Shown here one piece after another: positions 50,850-62,315 of a stretch of 64,000 nt of DNA (positions are counted from its first letter, which is position 1; the number at the start of each line of letters is the position of its first letter). This stretch comes from Batkoa obscura (Eukaryota). A program made the position numbers and the translations under genes. Location of the stretch: NCBI GenBank assembly GCA_030770535.1, contig JASVEC010000012.1, positions 248,001 to 312,000 on the forward strand, in the 5' to 3' direction. The notes beneath the pieces were generated by a model. The model ran no database searches and was not told the DNA's origin. It was given only the letters and a program-made list of their open reading frames with translations.

Positions 50850-52561
50850 AATTTTCAAATTAAGTATTAAATGTAAAAAATAAAGGTTTAGATGATGATA
50901 TGATAAAAGTGAATAGTAGATACTTTGAGTATTTATACTATTTTTTAGTAGCCAGATCCTCTTTTATTTTTGTAAATTATAAACTTGCCATTTTGAAACT
51001 TTTAAAGATCATCTGGTTTTAGCAGTGTTTTAAAAAAAGCTGCTTATGCTAATTTCTATTTATTCTAGAAGTTGAAGAAACCAATAACAAGTTTTATTCG
51101 GATGATTATTTTCAAAACAACGATTTCAAAAAGCATAAACTTAGTTACATTTATCTAATTGATTAACAAATAAAAGCTAACCCATAACTGATTAAGGTTA
51201 TGCTACCACCTCAAACCGTTTTTCTTTTTATTCTACAGTTTTAACTATTTGTAAATTCTCCTTTTTTTTCTTTTTGTTCTGACCTGTTAGATAAAATCTA
51301 ATTTTATTTGGAATGTTTTAATACACACGAAACTTTAAAATTCCAGCTAGCCTTATTCGATCATTCTTTCTATTATATTGCCATTATTACAAATAGAGTT
51401 AACTTACAAAGTATCATTTCTTTTTAAGTGACGTCCTTCTCCCTTAAGCGAACCATAAATTCAAATGATTTATTCTAGAAACTTCTTTAGCTTAAATTTA
51501 CCATTTTTGGTTTATGAACCTTTATTGTTTATAATCAATTTGGTGTAATCATTTTTCGATAAAAAAAATAGTTTAATTAAAATTTGTAATTTTTTAGTCA
51601 GTGCTAATTATTTATATTATAAAGTTATAATTTGCAATTATTTAAGATTTTAAAGAAATGTATTTACAAAGTTTAATATAAAATTCTATTAAAAATACAA
51701 AAAAAACACTGATTCATTTATTTCGCTTTGAAAGCATAACTCAACTTCAACCCGGAAAATAAAACTAGAATAAAACTTAGTTATTGTTTACATATTTTTA
51801 ACTAGCAGATACTTATGTAAAATATCCAAACAATTTTATGAAAATTACAAACTATCTAAATGATTGAACTTATAAAGTTAAATTATTTTATTCATTTATT
51901 TTAATAAAAACCTAAATTTTTTCTACAAAACGCTTTCAAATTAAGAAACCTTTTCAAACCCATTTTATATTAATTATATAAACTACTTTATATGGCTATG
52001 ATTTATTTAATGCTTTGCTATTAACTATTATTTTTTAAATGAATATATTTTATTTCAATTTTTGTAGCTTTAGTTTATTGATTTTTATTAAAATAAAATA
52101 TTACAATATTTTTTGTCTTTTACAATTATTCATTTCTTAAGCTAAAAAATTCGAATTCTAAATTCTGAAGCAAAAAAACATCCAAACTAGCTTACAACTG
52201 CTGCAGCTCTATTGTGGCCTATTTTGCGACAACTCTTAGAGCTAATTATTCGCTTATTGGGCTTTGAAAAAGCCCAATCTTTAGCTTCTTCATTGAGTTT
52301 CGTAGATTATTTTCTTAAGTAAATAGTTAACTAGGTCGCAAACGAATTGCAACAGTTGTAAAAAAGTGATTTTTAAAACAAAGCTCATTTTGGAATTCCA
52401 ACACAAAAAATACAAATTATAATAAGATGCCAGCAAATTTCCAACAAATTCCATCCTTTTTCTGCCCAATGATAACCATTTTAATAACATAAAGTGGCAC
52501 CTTATTTAAAAACATTTTATCTTTGTTTCTTTAATTTTTTAGTCTTTACTATCACCGCGTC

Positions 52562-54324
52562 ATGGACTTGAGCAGCAAACTAAATCAACTGATCATCATT
52601 GATGGAAGTAATGAATTAGAGGGACAAAGTCAACCAATTATCCCTATTTTACAATCCAGTTTAAGGAATCAAACACAGAATGAGATATTAGAAAAATTAA
52701 ATGATTTATTAAATAAAAAAGAGTTGGAGATTGAAAAGCTATGTTATTCACATTATCAAGTAAGTAGGAGAGAGAGAAATAAATTATGGATTATTAGGGA
52801 AATAAAAGATAGATGGATAGATGTTATGAGTTAAATTGATTTTATTGTTTAGGAGTTCATTCAATCCGTAGATCAATTACTTGAAGTAAAAAAAGGGACT
52901 AGTACTTTAAAAGAAAATATACTAGAAGTTAACGAAAGTTTACAACAATCCGGGAATAAATTATTGGCTACGGTAACTATAAAGAATTTAAAGTTTAAAT
53001 TAAATTAAATTAATTCAAGATTTAAAAGAAAAGTGAGTTAATCCAACATCGCCGTATCCAACAAAATATAGAAACTTGTATCGAAACTTTACAGACTTGT
53101 TTGCATATTTTAAAGTTAGCTAATAGAGTAAATACTCTATTAAATCAAAGGAATTATTTTTCGGCTTTGAAAGTAAGCTTTTTTATTTTCTATTTTCATT
53201 TTAATATTTTTAGACTTTAGATGAGTTGCAAAACGAGCATTTACCTCATATCAATCAATATTTATTTGCTAAATATATGGGTAATAATACAATAATCAAT
53301 AAATAATGAAATAAAGTAATATTAAATAATAATTAGAGGAGTGTATACCAAGTATGAGGGATTTAGTGAAACAAGCGGTTATTTTAGAAAAAAGAGATTG
53401 GTTATTACAGTAATTTGAATGAATTATATTTAATTAACATTTGATTAATAAGTTAATTAATAGATTAAAAGAACAGAGTCGAAATTATGGCTTATCAAAG
53501 ATACAAAAGATGTTAGATAAACAACAGAGTTGGATTGTAAGACAAAAAAAAGAAAATTCAAATTATCCAGCGGCTATTCATCTTGTTAAAGATGAGTTGG
53601 AAATTGGTATGTAGTTTTAGAGCTCAACTATAAATTTATAATTTTAATATATTTTTTAAGATGAAGAAGAAGATATCATGGAATTAGATTTCCAGCCGTT
53701 TTACCAATGTTTACATATCCATCATAAATTAGGTTCTTTTGAAGAATTTCAAAAATCATTTGAAGAAGAAAGGAGAGTAAGTCAAATAATATAATTTTTT
53801 TTAAAGATTATTTTTGACTATTATTCATCAATAGCAAATGGCCATCAATTTAAGTGAAACAAATTTAATTTTGGGCAAAAAAAGTTTAGATTTATTTCAA
53901 ATTCATTTAGCAGATATCCTAGGTTTCTTTCAAATTGAAAGAACTATTATTAATACTACAACGAGATTTAGATATCCTACAGATGTAAGTTGGAGTTTTT
54001 TTAATTGATTTCTCTTTCTCTTTCTCTTTCTCTTTCTCTTTCTTTTTAATATTAAATATCTTATTTTTATAAATATAGGTTGAAATTTTATGGACTTTAT
54101 TAACAAATAAACTATTGGATGAAATCTCTCGTGGGTTAGGTATTGCTTCAATGGAAAATACATTACCAGATATTAAGAAAAATTTAGTCGCTTTTATACA
54201 ACTTGGGGAGGTAATAGAAATTTATTAATTATCTTATGGTATTTACTTAAAATTTATTCAATAGGATTTCGGTTACGATGTACGTAAATTAAATCAGTTC
54301 TTAGATGCTTTGGCTTCTTTTTAA
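52562..54324 (+). CDS. SEC15: Exocyst subunit Sec15, N-terminal half only (10 exons, 400 aa)
   Basis: Spliced EIEKLCYSHYQ|EFIQSVDQLL, QQNIE.CIETL..CL.IL, YFSALK|TLDELQ..HL, LDFQPFYQCLHIH..LG, I.GFF.IE, VE.LW, FGYDV..L..FL, then TAA at 54322-54324. Confidence 0.85.
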
Positions 54325-54573
54325 GTTGTATAATTAAAGTTTTATTGATGAATATAACCTTGAAGTGAATCTTTGTTAATTATTTCATATTATGTTTCTA
54401 TTTAAGTAATTTGATTGATTTTTTTATTTTATTTTATTTCATGAGAAAATGTGTTTATTTACTGAATAGTTAGCGTTTTTGGAAAAAAAAGTGAGATTTT
54501 ATTTTATAAGTTAAATTTTACATTGGAATTATATGAATAGTGCTAATATATTGAAAATGAAATTAATATATAT

Positions 54574-54672
54574 GGGGATGTATTTTTGTGTTTAAGAATT
54601 TCACTAACAATTTTTCCGTTTAAATAGCGATTAAAAGATGGAAAAAGTGATGAAACCAAAAAAAATATCCCC
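54574..54672 (+). mobile_element. MITE family A copy 7 (99 bp)
   Basis: GGGGATGTATTTTT...AAAAATATCCCC; flanks ATAT / ATGT. Confidence 0.88.
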
Positions 54673-57252
54673 ATGTTTTTATGAAATAATAAGGATTTTA
54701 AATATTAGTTTTTGAAATGTTGTTGATTTACCTTCTAAAACAAATATTTATTCTTATTAATAAGAAATTTTTTTATCTATTATAATTCTTAATAGTATTA
54801 TTATTGATAACATTACTATTATTAGATGGTAGACAGGAGTACCTTTAATAAATAAAACATTATGGGGTTTTGAGTATTTTAGATTAGTATTTTTTATAAA
54901 ATAATTATATTATCATCAATTACAAAACTAATATGAATAAATAATAATTTCAAAATGATTTTGGGGATATTTATATATTATCATAACTAACGCCATTATT
55001 ATTAATAGTAGATAAAGTCTCCCCAAAACTCATTTTAGTTTTATTTTATTTCTATTTTTATCTTTAAATTTAATTCTTTTATTCTTTAATAAGTAGTACT
55101 TATTAGTTATATTAATATTTGAGGGTATTTATCTATCTATTATTGATAACGACATTATTAGTGATAATAATCAATTAGTTTGTTTGAAATTTTATAAAAT
55201 AAAAGTGATAATATTATTCAAAAATATTTTAAATTTTAAATTTATTTAATGAAAATTACTTCCTACAATTAAATAAAAATAAACTTTGATTATATATATT
55301 ATAAATAAAATCTGAACTAATGCCTATTAATGCTTAGACTTTATTACTAGAATTAGATTATAATGTTATTCGGATTGATCATGATTGTTATCTTGTAATT
55401 TTAAACCCTTATCATTTATACAAAATAGATCAAATTTTTTAATAAAATTCTTATAAGTTCGAAACCCCAATATTCTATTTTGTGTCAATAAAAAAATTCA
55501 TATATAAAACATTATGACTATAATTAGTATATTGATAATTTCAGATAGTCATAATTTAATATACTAATAACTTAACACATTAATAATATAATATTTATCA
55601 TATTATAGAAAAAAATAGTATCTTCTATAATAACAAATAAGCAATCAATTGAATTAAAAGTAATAAATAATTTAAAAATAAAATTTTTAAATCAAAAGAG
55701 CTGGTAAGTGTGGTTTACTGTTTATTTATAATGCTAAGATAGTTGGGTTTTATAAATTAGATAACGCCATTTTTTAAAAAGATCCAGAGTTTTATTCTAT
55801 TTGAAATTATTTATTCTAATTATTTTATTATTTGAATAAAATCTCAAAACTATAATAACATTAAATAAAAATTATTGAGATAAAAAAGTAACAATTTAAT
55901 AAATATAATACTAACACCTCTTTTAATTTCAATCTCATGACCTATACTTCACATTATTGTAAGTACCTCCATGATCCTTTTATCTTAGCATAAGCATTAA
56001 CAACCACTCAAATATCAAGCTTTACAGTAAAAACCAAAATTATTTTATTTAAATGCATCTCTAAGTAATTTATTTAATCTTCAAAAAAATTCTACCCAAC
56101 AACCCAAAAATAGCATATATCAAATTAAGTGGGGTAAGTAAGGATCCCTTAACGTTTTTATTCTTTGATTCAATATTAAGGGTACTTTTGATGATGGAAA
56201 ATGAAAATTGAATATTGTGTAAGCTTGGTTTTAAAGAAGAACTCTTATATTAAAGAAGTAGATAACGAGAAAACGATCGGATATTTTTAAAACAAAAAGT
56301 TTTATTAAATATTCTTGATTATTTCATATTTAGATTCAAACTAACAAAGGAGGGATGAGTTCATGAGATATAGTTTAAAATAAGGTTCCATCGAATTTTT
56401 TTTTTATGTTGTTTTAAAATTGAGGAATTGTAATGTTTTAATTATTGTATGATATTATACAAGAAAGTATGAATTTCGATGTTTTATCATTATTTACCTT
56501 CTATTTAAACTAAAAATAAATATTAATAAGTTATTTTACATGTCTTTTAAATTAAAATTATGACTCACCGATCAACCATAACTACTACAACTAAATAATA
56601 AATTATAATTTTAATATATTTATTTTGATAGGATTATCTTAAAGACTAAATGTATTATTATTAATATAACAAAAATATAACAAAAATCTCCTTTGAAATA
56701 AACGCTATGATTTCAGTCTTAGATCACTTTTGATAACACTCTTGTTTAAATCAACCAATTAACTTGATTTCTAACTCATAGACCTCAATGACATTGTAAT
56801 TTTAGTTTTATGAATGGATTATATAAATTAATAGAAAAAAATACTTATAACAAATGCTTATCTAATTCTCACTAACTTAAAATAGCTATATCACCATGAT
56901 ACCTTTGTGGCCAATCGTTATAATAATCTTTGTTGAGTTAAGGGTAAGTTGCCATCATTTTTCAAAATTGGACCAATCTTTTTTTAGCATTTATAAATAT
57001 TTAATGAAATTAAATTAAATGTTCTGGGGTTGAAAAAATAATTACTCCATAAATATTAAAGTTAATGAGTAGTAAATTAATTATGGTAATGATTTTTATA
57101 CGCTATCTAAAAAAAGTATATAAATAAACTCAAAAATCAATTTAAATTTACAAAAAAATTTTAAATTATTTTTTATATATAACTTATATCTCTTATTTGT
57201 TTCCCTTTGTTCTCTTTATTCCCTTTCTTTGTTATTTGTATAATTATTCACT

Positions 57253-58314
57253 ATGTTTTTTTTAAATAATCAAGTTAAAGCGTCAATTGAATTACTAGAA
57301 GATGTTATCAATTTACACGGCGATACTAATGAAAGTCATGGTAATATAATTAAAGGAAGAGTGAAAATTGAAAACAATCTTAATACAACTCCAATAGTAC
57401 AAGATAATGATAAAGGAAGCATTGTTATTCATCAAATGAAGTTAAACTTAGTTGGAAATAATCAAGTTAATTTTACTAATAATCAAAAAAGTTATCAAGC
57501 AAAACAAACTATATTAAATCAATCTTTAGACTTATTACAAGATAATAGAAATAATAACAACAATACAGAAAATGAAGTAACATTAAACCGAGGAATTCAT
57601 TATTTTACTTTCAATTTTTTAATTGAGGGTAACTTAAATAATAGTATTACAATCAAAAATGGTAAATTAACCTATGACATTCAATTACTTTTCCATTATC
57701 TCCCTATGAATTTTAAATTAAATCAACTCTTGCCCATTAAGTTCTATTTGAAATCGAATGCCACTAGACCTATTAACATTCATCGTTTACCTTTACCTAC
57801 CTGTCCAATCATGAATAATATGATTCAATTTACTAACAAGAGCAATGATTTGACTTATAATATTTATTGTTTATCTTCTTGTTTTGGTGATCAAGATCCC
57901 GTGACTGTATTTTTTAACTTCAATTTATTAAATCAAACTGATACTATTGACAGTGTCATTTGTTTAATTAAGCGAGAAATTATTTATAAAAGTGAATATT
58001 CTAATTGTACTAAAACTAAAAATTATATCCTGGACTCCTCTACTGTATTAATCAACAGTAATACTAACTCTATAAATAGTATTAATGAATTTAAAATTGA
58101 TTTAAATATCAACAAAAACCCAAAACAAGATTATTATTATAACTGTAATAACAATTTATTTACAATTAACCATTATTTAAAAATCAAAATTAACTTTAAA
58201 AATAATCAAAAGAATTTATTTTTAAATCATCCCATCTGTTTGTTACCCTTATCCTCAAAAGATACTATCTTAAATAGTTTACCTAACTATGAATTACCCC
58301 CTCCTCCCTTTTAA
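57253..58314 (+). CDS. Alpha-arrestin (ART-like) adaptor, 353 aa
   Basis: IIKGRVKI, LNRGIHYFTFNFLI.G.L..SI....GKLTY arrestin-N pattern; FTINHYLKIKI; C-terminal LPNY / PPPP PY-like motifs. Confidence 0.75.
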   Translation: MFFLNNQVKASIELLEDVINLHGDTNESHGNIIKGRVKIENNLNTTPIVQDNDKGSIVIHQMKLNLVGNNQVNFTNNQKSYQAKQTILNQSLDLLQDNRNNNNNTENEVTLNRGIHYFTFNFLIEGNLNNSITIKNGKLTYDIQLLFHYLPMNFKLNQLLPIKFYLKSNATRPINIHRLPLPTCPIMNNMIQFTNKSNDLTYNIYCLSSCFGDQDPVTVFFNFNLLNQTDTIDSVICLIKREIIYKSEYSNCTKTKNYILDSSTVLINSNTNSINSINEFKIDLNINKNPKQDYYYNCNNNLFTINHYLKIKINFKNNQKNLFLNHPICLLPLSSKDTILNSLPNYELPPPPF

Positions 58315-58409
58315 TTAATACTAATAAATTTAATTATTTAATTAACTTATTATTTTATTCTATATTTTATTTATTATTATTAATTATTATTACTTTACGT
58401 TGTCTTATT

Positions 58410-60446
58410 TTATATTTTACTACTATTACTCTCTAATGATTCCCATAAAAGATCTATTAAATTTAATAAATTAAATTGAAATAGATATTTATCTACATTA
58501 ACATCAGGCAATAATATTTCAAAACATTGAATCAAATAAAAATAACTCATGTTTAATGGCAATTGATTAATTAAGTATATCATTCTTTTCTTGTCATTAA
58601 ACTTTATAAATGTATAGTATATAATTTTTAATTGCTCACTACTATACTTTATACTCTTACTATCCTCTATATTATTATTATTATCATTATTATACTCCAT
58701 AGAATACTTATTAACATCTTGAATCAATTCAGCTAAAAACTGTTTACTATCAATTAGTTGATAAATTACCTCTAATCTATCAAACTTAAATAACAATTCT
58801 AAATCCTCCGCTGTAACCTCATTGACGTCAACAGTCTCTTCATTAGCCAACTTAAAATACAACCACATTCTATTATTCATTTGTAAATTTAAACTTCTAA
58901 CTGTAATACCAAACTCCTCCTTCCTAGTCTTCTTCTCTATATAACTATCAATCAAATTCATAATCAATTTTTCTTTTGTGATTTTAAATTTTGGTAAATA
59001 AAATAAGTATTTTTTTAATAATTCTTGTTTCCCTTTAAAACTATACTTTTGGTTCATAATTAAACTTTCTATTAATTTATAATTTTTATTCTTAATTCCC
59101 ATTTCTTCTATTATTTCTATAATTTCATTGTTTTTAATTTGTTGGATTAATTTAACTAAATTGAAGTCGTTATATAATTTATGTTTTATCTCATTGCTTT
59201 TCTCTATATTACTATTCTTATCCTCCGTCAATAACTCCAAATTCATATTAAAGGACTCCAAAAGCATTTGATATTCCTGATGATTATACAACTCCGATAA
59301 CAAATTGATTTGAATCTTCCCATCATTTAATCCTCTAATCTTAGCTAATTTCAATAAATATTCTACTTTATCTAGTTGTTTATTCCTAATCAACGCTATG
59401 CAACAATTAGTGACAATCTGTTCATTAATCAGTCCTGGATATTGCTCCCATAACTCAATTAATTCTTCAAAATAATTCCATTTAATACAATGTAAAAATA
59501 TTAAATTCAAGTGATTGCAATCTAATATCACATTCTCAAACGCTTCCATTCTTTCATAATTGACTTGATATTTAGCTGGGTTTAATTCACTGGGTTTGAC
59601 CTCCTGGGTCTTTATTGTACTATTAATTAATTGAAATACCAATTGAATATCCACTTGCATATTATTATTATATAAGTAATACTCTAATACATTATAGTAA
59701 ACTTCATTAATATATTTTGGATAATCTTTAAAACAATAAACTTCTTCCCAATTTAACTTAAATCCTTTGGTTTTTTGTAAAAATAAAAAATAGCGATATT
59801 CTAACTCCAATTCCTTACTTAACTCTTTATTTTTTCTAATACTGTATTCAATCAATTGTAAATCATTTTCATCAAATTTCTTATGTTGCTTCATCAAGTC
59901 CAGCAATGATTTCATCTCGGTTTCATCTCCTTTCCATTCCTTGTTGACTTTGATCTCCATTACCCATTTCCTCACCACTTTATCGAGTAATTTATTGTAA
60001 AAAATAATATGCTTACCTTTCTCCATCGTCTTCGCAATATCCACATAATCGAACCCCAAATTCACCATAGTATCTATCAACAAGGCAAAATTAAATGGTA
60101 ACAACTTAGCCACGTCAATAATCTCTAAAATCCCCTCTATCCTCTTTCTATCCCCATTAATCCTCTTATCTTCTAATAATCGATTATAGAATAGATTTAA
60201 TATATTTTTATCTCTCAAATTTAATGGGTTATAATTCGATTGTAATTTAGTTATTTGCTGTAGGATGGAGTCATATTCTTTGTATACAATGGAGCTATTG
60301 AGATGATGGTAATCGGAAGTTAAATTTTGTAACTCTTTTTTCATTAAACTGATGTTGTGGGCACTTCTTAAAGTTGTTAAGTTGGGTTGTAATTTTATAC
60401 TGTTAATAACTGCTATCAATATCCGTGGTTGATATAATAGTTTCAT
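58410..60446 (-). CDS. Large helical protein of unknown function, possibly mitochondrial or PPR-like
   Basis: Long intact ORF; first plausible ATG at 60446 gives an acid-free presequence-like N-terminus; helical-repeat-like composition; no family recognised. Confidence 0.6.
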   Translation of the reverse strand: MKLLYQPRILIAVINSIKLQPNLTTLRSAHNISLMKKELQNLTSDYHHLNSSIVYKEYDSILQQITKLQSNYNPLNLRDKNILNLFYNRLLEDKRINGDRKRIEGILEIIDVAKLLPFNFALLIDTMVNLGFDYVDIAKTMEKGKHIIFYNKLLDKVVRKWVMEIKVNKEWKGDETEMKSLLDLMKQHKKFDENDLQLIEYSIRKNKELSKELELEYRYFLFLQKTKGFKLNWEEVYCFKDYPKYINEVYYNVLEYYLYNNNMQVDIQLVFQLINSTIKTQEVKPSELNPAKYQVNYERMEAFENVILDCNHLNLIFLHCIKWNYFEELIELWEQYPGLINEQIVTNCCIALIRNKQLDKVEYLLKLAKIRGLNDGKIQINLLSELYNHQEYQMLLESFNMNLELLTEDKNSNIEKSNEIKHKLYNDFNLVKLIQQIKNNEIIEIIEEMGIKNKNYKLIESLIMNQKYSFKGKQELLKKYLFYLPKFKITKEKLIMNLIDSYIEKKTRKEEFGITVRSLNLQMNNRMWLYFKLANEETVDVNEVTAEDLELLFKFDRLEVIYQLIDSKQFLAELIQDVNKYSMEYNNDNNNNIEDSKSIKYSSEQLKIIYYTFIKFNDKKRMIYLINQLPLNMSYFYLIQCFEILLPDVNVDKYLFQFNLLNLIDLLWESLESNSSKI

Positions 60447-61493
60447 TTTTGGGAGTTCTTTTCTTTTTGTAAGACGATGTAATAAAAAATAATTTAATTT
60501 TTGTAAAATTGGAATCACTCAACCAAGTTGCAGAGATTTAAACTTTGCAATAAAGATTTGAGCATTCTTCTACACTGGAACATAAAACCTTTGAAATCAA
60601 GTAAATTATAACTTTTTTTAATTAGACAATTGGTAGCCAAAGCTGCAAATTTTTTAAATATACCAGTGGATTTCATAAGCTAATAAATATCATTGGTAGT
60701 TTGATTGAAATCTCGCCAATTGAACCAATCACTTTGGACTATTTTTAATTTTTGCTAAATATCCCTAAGCTAAGAACTTCACTGTGTATTTAAAACTCAA
60801 TTTTTGGTACTTTACAAACTACAGCTGTTGAATTTAAATTTAAATTGTTACATATTATCTGTAATGTTATTGATTATTATATGCTATTTAAACCATGAAT
60901 ATTATTGTAATGTTGATGTTTATGCAGGAATTGGATAAGGGACTTACAGATGTTAACAATTCAATAAAATTCAAAACAGTCGAGTTACTAACTGAGCTTG
61001 ATGTCAAGTTATATTTACCTCTCCAAGCTTCAGATTGTTTATAAGATATTGCTGATAATGACTTTATCAGTTGGGGTATAATTCTATTAAACTTGGATCG
61101 TTAATAATGATCAAGCTTGATTACGTTTGCTATTTATAGAGTAGTAAAGTATGCCCCCCCCCATTATAATAAAAACTTTAAAAACCATAATCTTTATAAT
61201 CTTTAGGATTGTTTTAAATTTTGTCAATATAATTAAGTGTGGGCTATTGTAATAGCTCATAGATAAGATTTAGGCTTATCATTATTGAATTTACAATGGC
61301 CTATTGCAGGGGGGATTATGTAATGGCCTTGAGTCAATCATTTAAGTCTCTGCGAAATGGATTTGTAAAGATTTTCCATTTAGATTTTTGTCAGTTTAAA
61401 AACTAAGACATGAGGGCTATATTTTAAACGCTATTGTTAATTTTGAATAAATATTAACTCATAACTTGCATTGTATGAACCAAATTATTAAAT

Positions 61494-61591
61494 GGGGGTA
61501 TTTTTTTTGGTTCATCACTTTTTCCATCTTTTAAGCGCTATTTGAGCAGAAAGATTGTTAGTAAAATTCTTAAACACAAAAATACATCCCC
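61494..61591 (-). mobile_element. MITE family A copy 8 (98 bp, reverse orientation)
   Basis: GGGGGTATTTTTTTTGG...AAAAATACATCCCC; flanks AAAT / ATAT. Confidence 0.88.
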
Positions 61592-61985
61592 ATATGCTAT
61601 TTTTATTAATTCAAATTTATGTTAGTTATATAAACTAAGACTTTTTGGTTTATGGCTAATTAACTAAGCAAGAACTGCTTTTAACTCTAACTATTGAGTA
61701 TTAACTTTCATATTTACTTAATAAATATTAAAACTTAAATTTTCAGTTATTTTTATAAACTTTTTAAATAAAAGCTTGTATTTTGCTTTTACTTTGAATT
61801 ATATAAATATTTTATTAATTTTAAAATATGTTATGTAAAAAACTTTTTATTAAAAAAAATATTTTTTTATTTTTTAATTTAGATTTTTTAATAACTTTTT
61901 TTAAAACTTGCATTTTAAATTTTAGCAATATTTTGTTTTTTGTAAAAATTATAATTCATTTATTATCAAATATAAAAAATTTACT

Positions 61986-62084
61986 GAGGGTGTTTTTTTT
62001 GGTTTCATCACTTTTTCCATCTTTTAAGCGCTATTTTAGTGGAAAAACTGTTAGTAAAATTCTTAAACAAAAAAATATATCCCC
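61986..62084 (-). mobile_element. MITE family A copy 9 (99 bp, reverse orientation)
   Basis: GAGGGTGTTTTTTTTGG...AAAAATATATCCCC; no intact 4-bp TSD; about 230 bp upstream of the AP-3 mu start codon. Confidence 0.85.
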
Positions 62085-62315
62085 ATACTGCAAATTTTTT
62101 TATTTTTTTAATATTAAACTTTAACTAAAAATAAATGACTGATTTTTTAAAAATTCATTTTTACTGAGTTGCTATAATCGGAACGAAAAGTTAGGCTCTG
62201 AGCTTAACCAATGATCCATTGAAATTTCTTCCAAAATATTCAATGTCATCATAATTTCAATAATTTAATTCATTGAACTTTTTACATTAATTGAAGCAAC
62301 AAGACGATAAAAAAA

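Noticed and set aside
7458..62084. Family A repeats as a CRISPR array or tRNA-derived SINE
   Set aside because: Copies are dispersed in both orientations with TIRs and TSDs; no spacers, cas genes, A/B boxes or poly-A tails.
61828..62124. 98-aa ORF (also similar short ORFs at 15255, 26563, 28396, 34526, 52290, 53930)
   Set aside because: F/L/I/K-rich chance ORFs from AT-rich DNA, partly reading through MITEs or introns.
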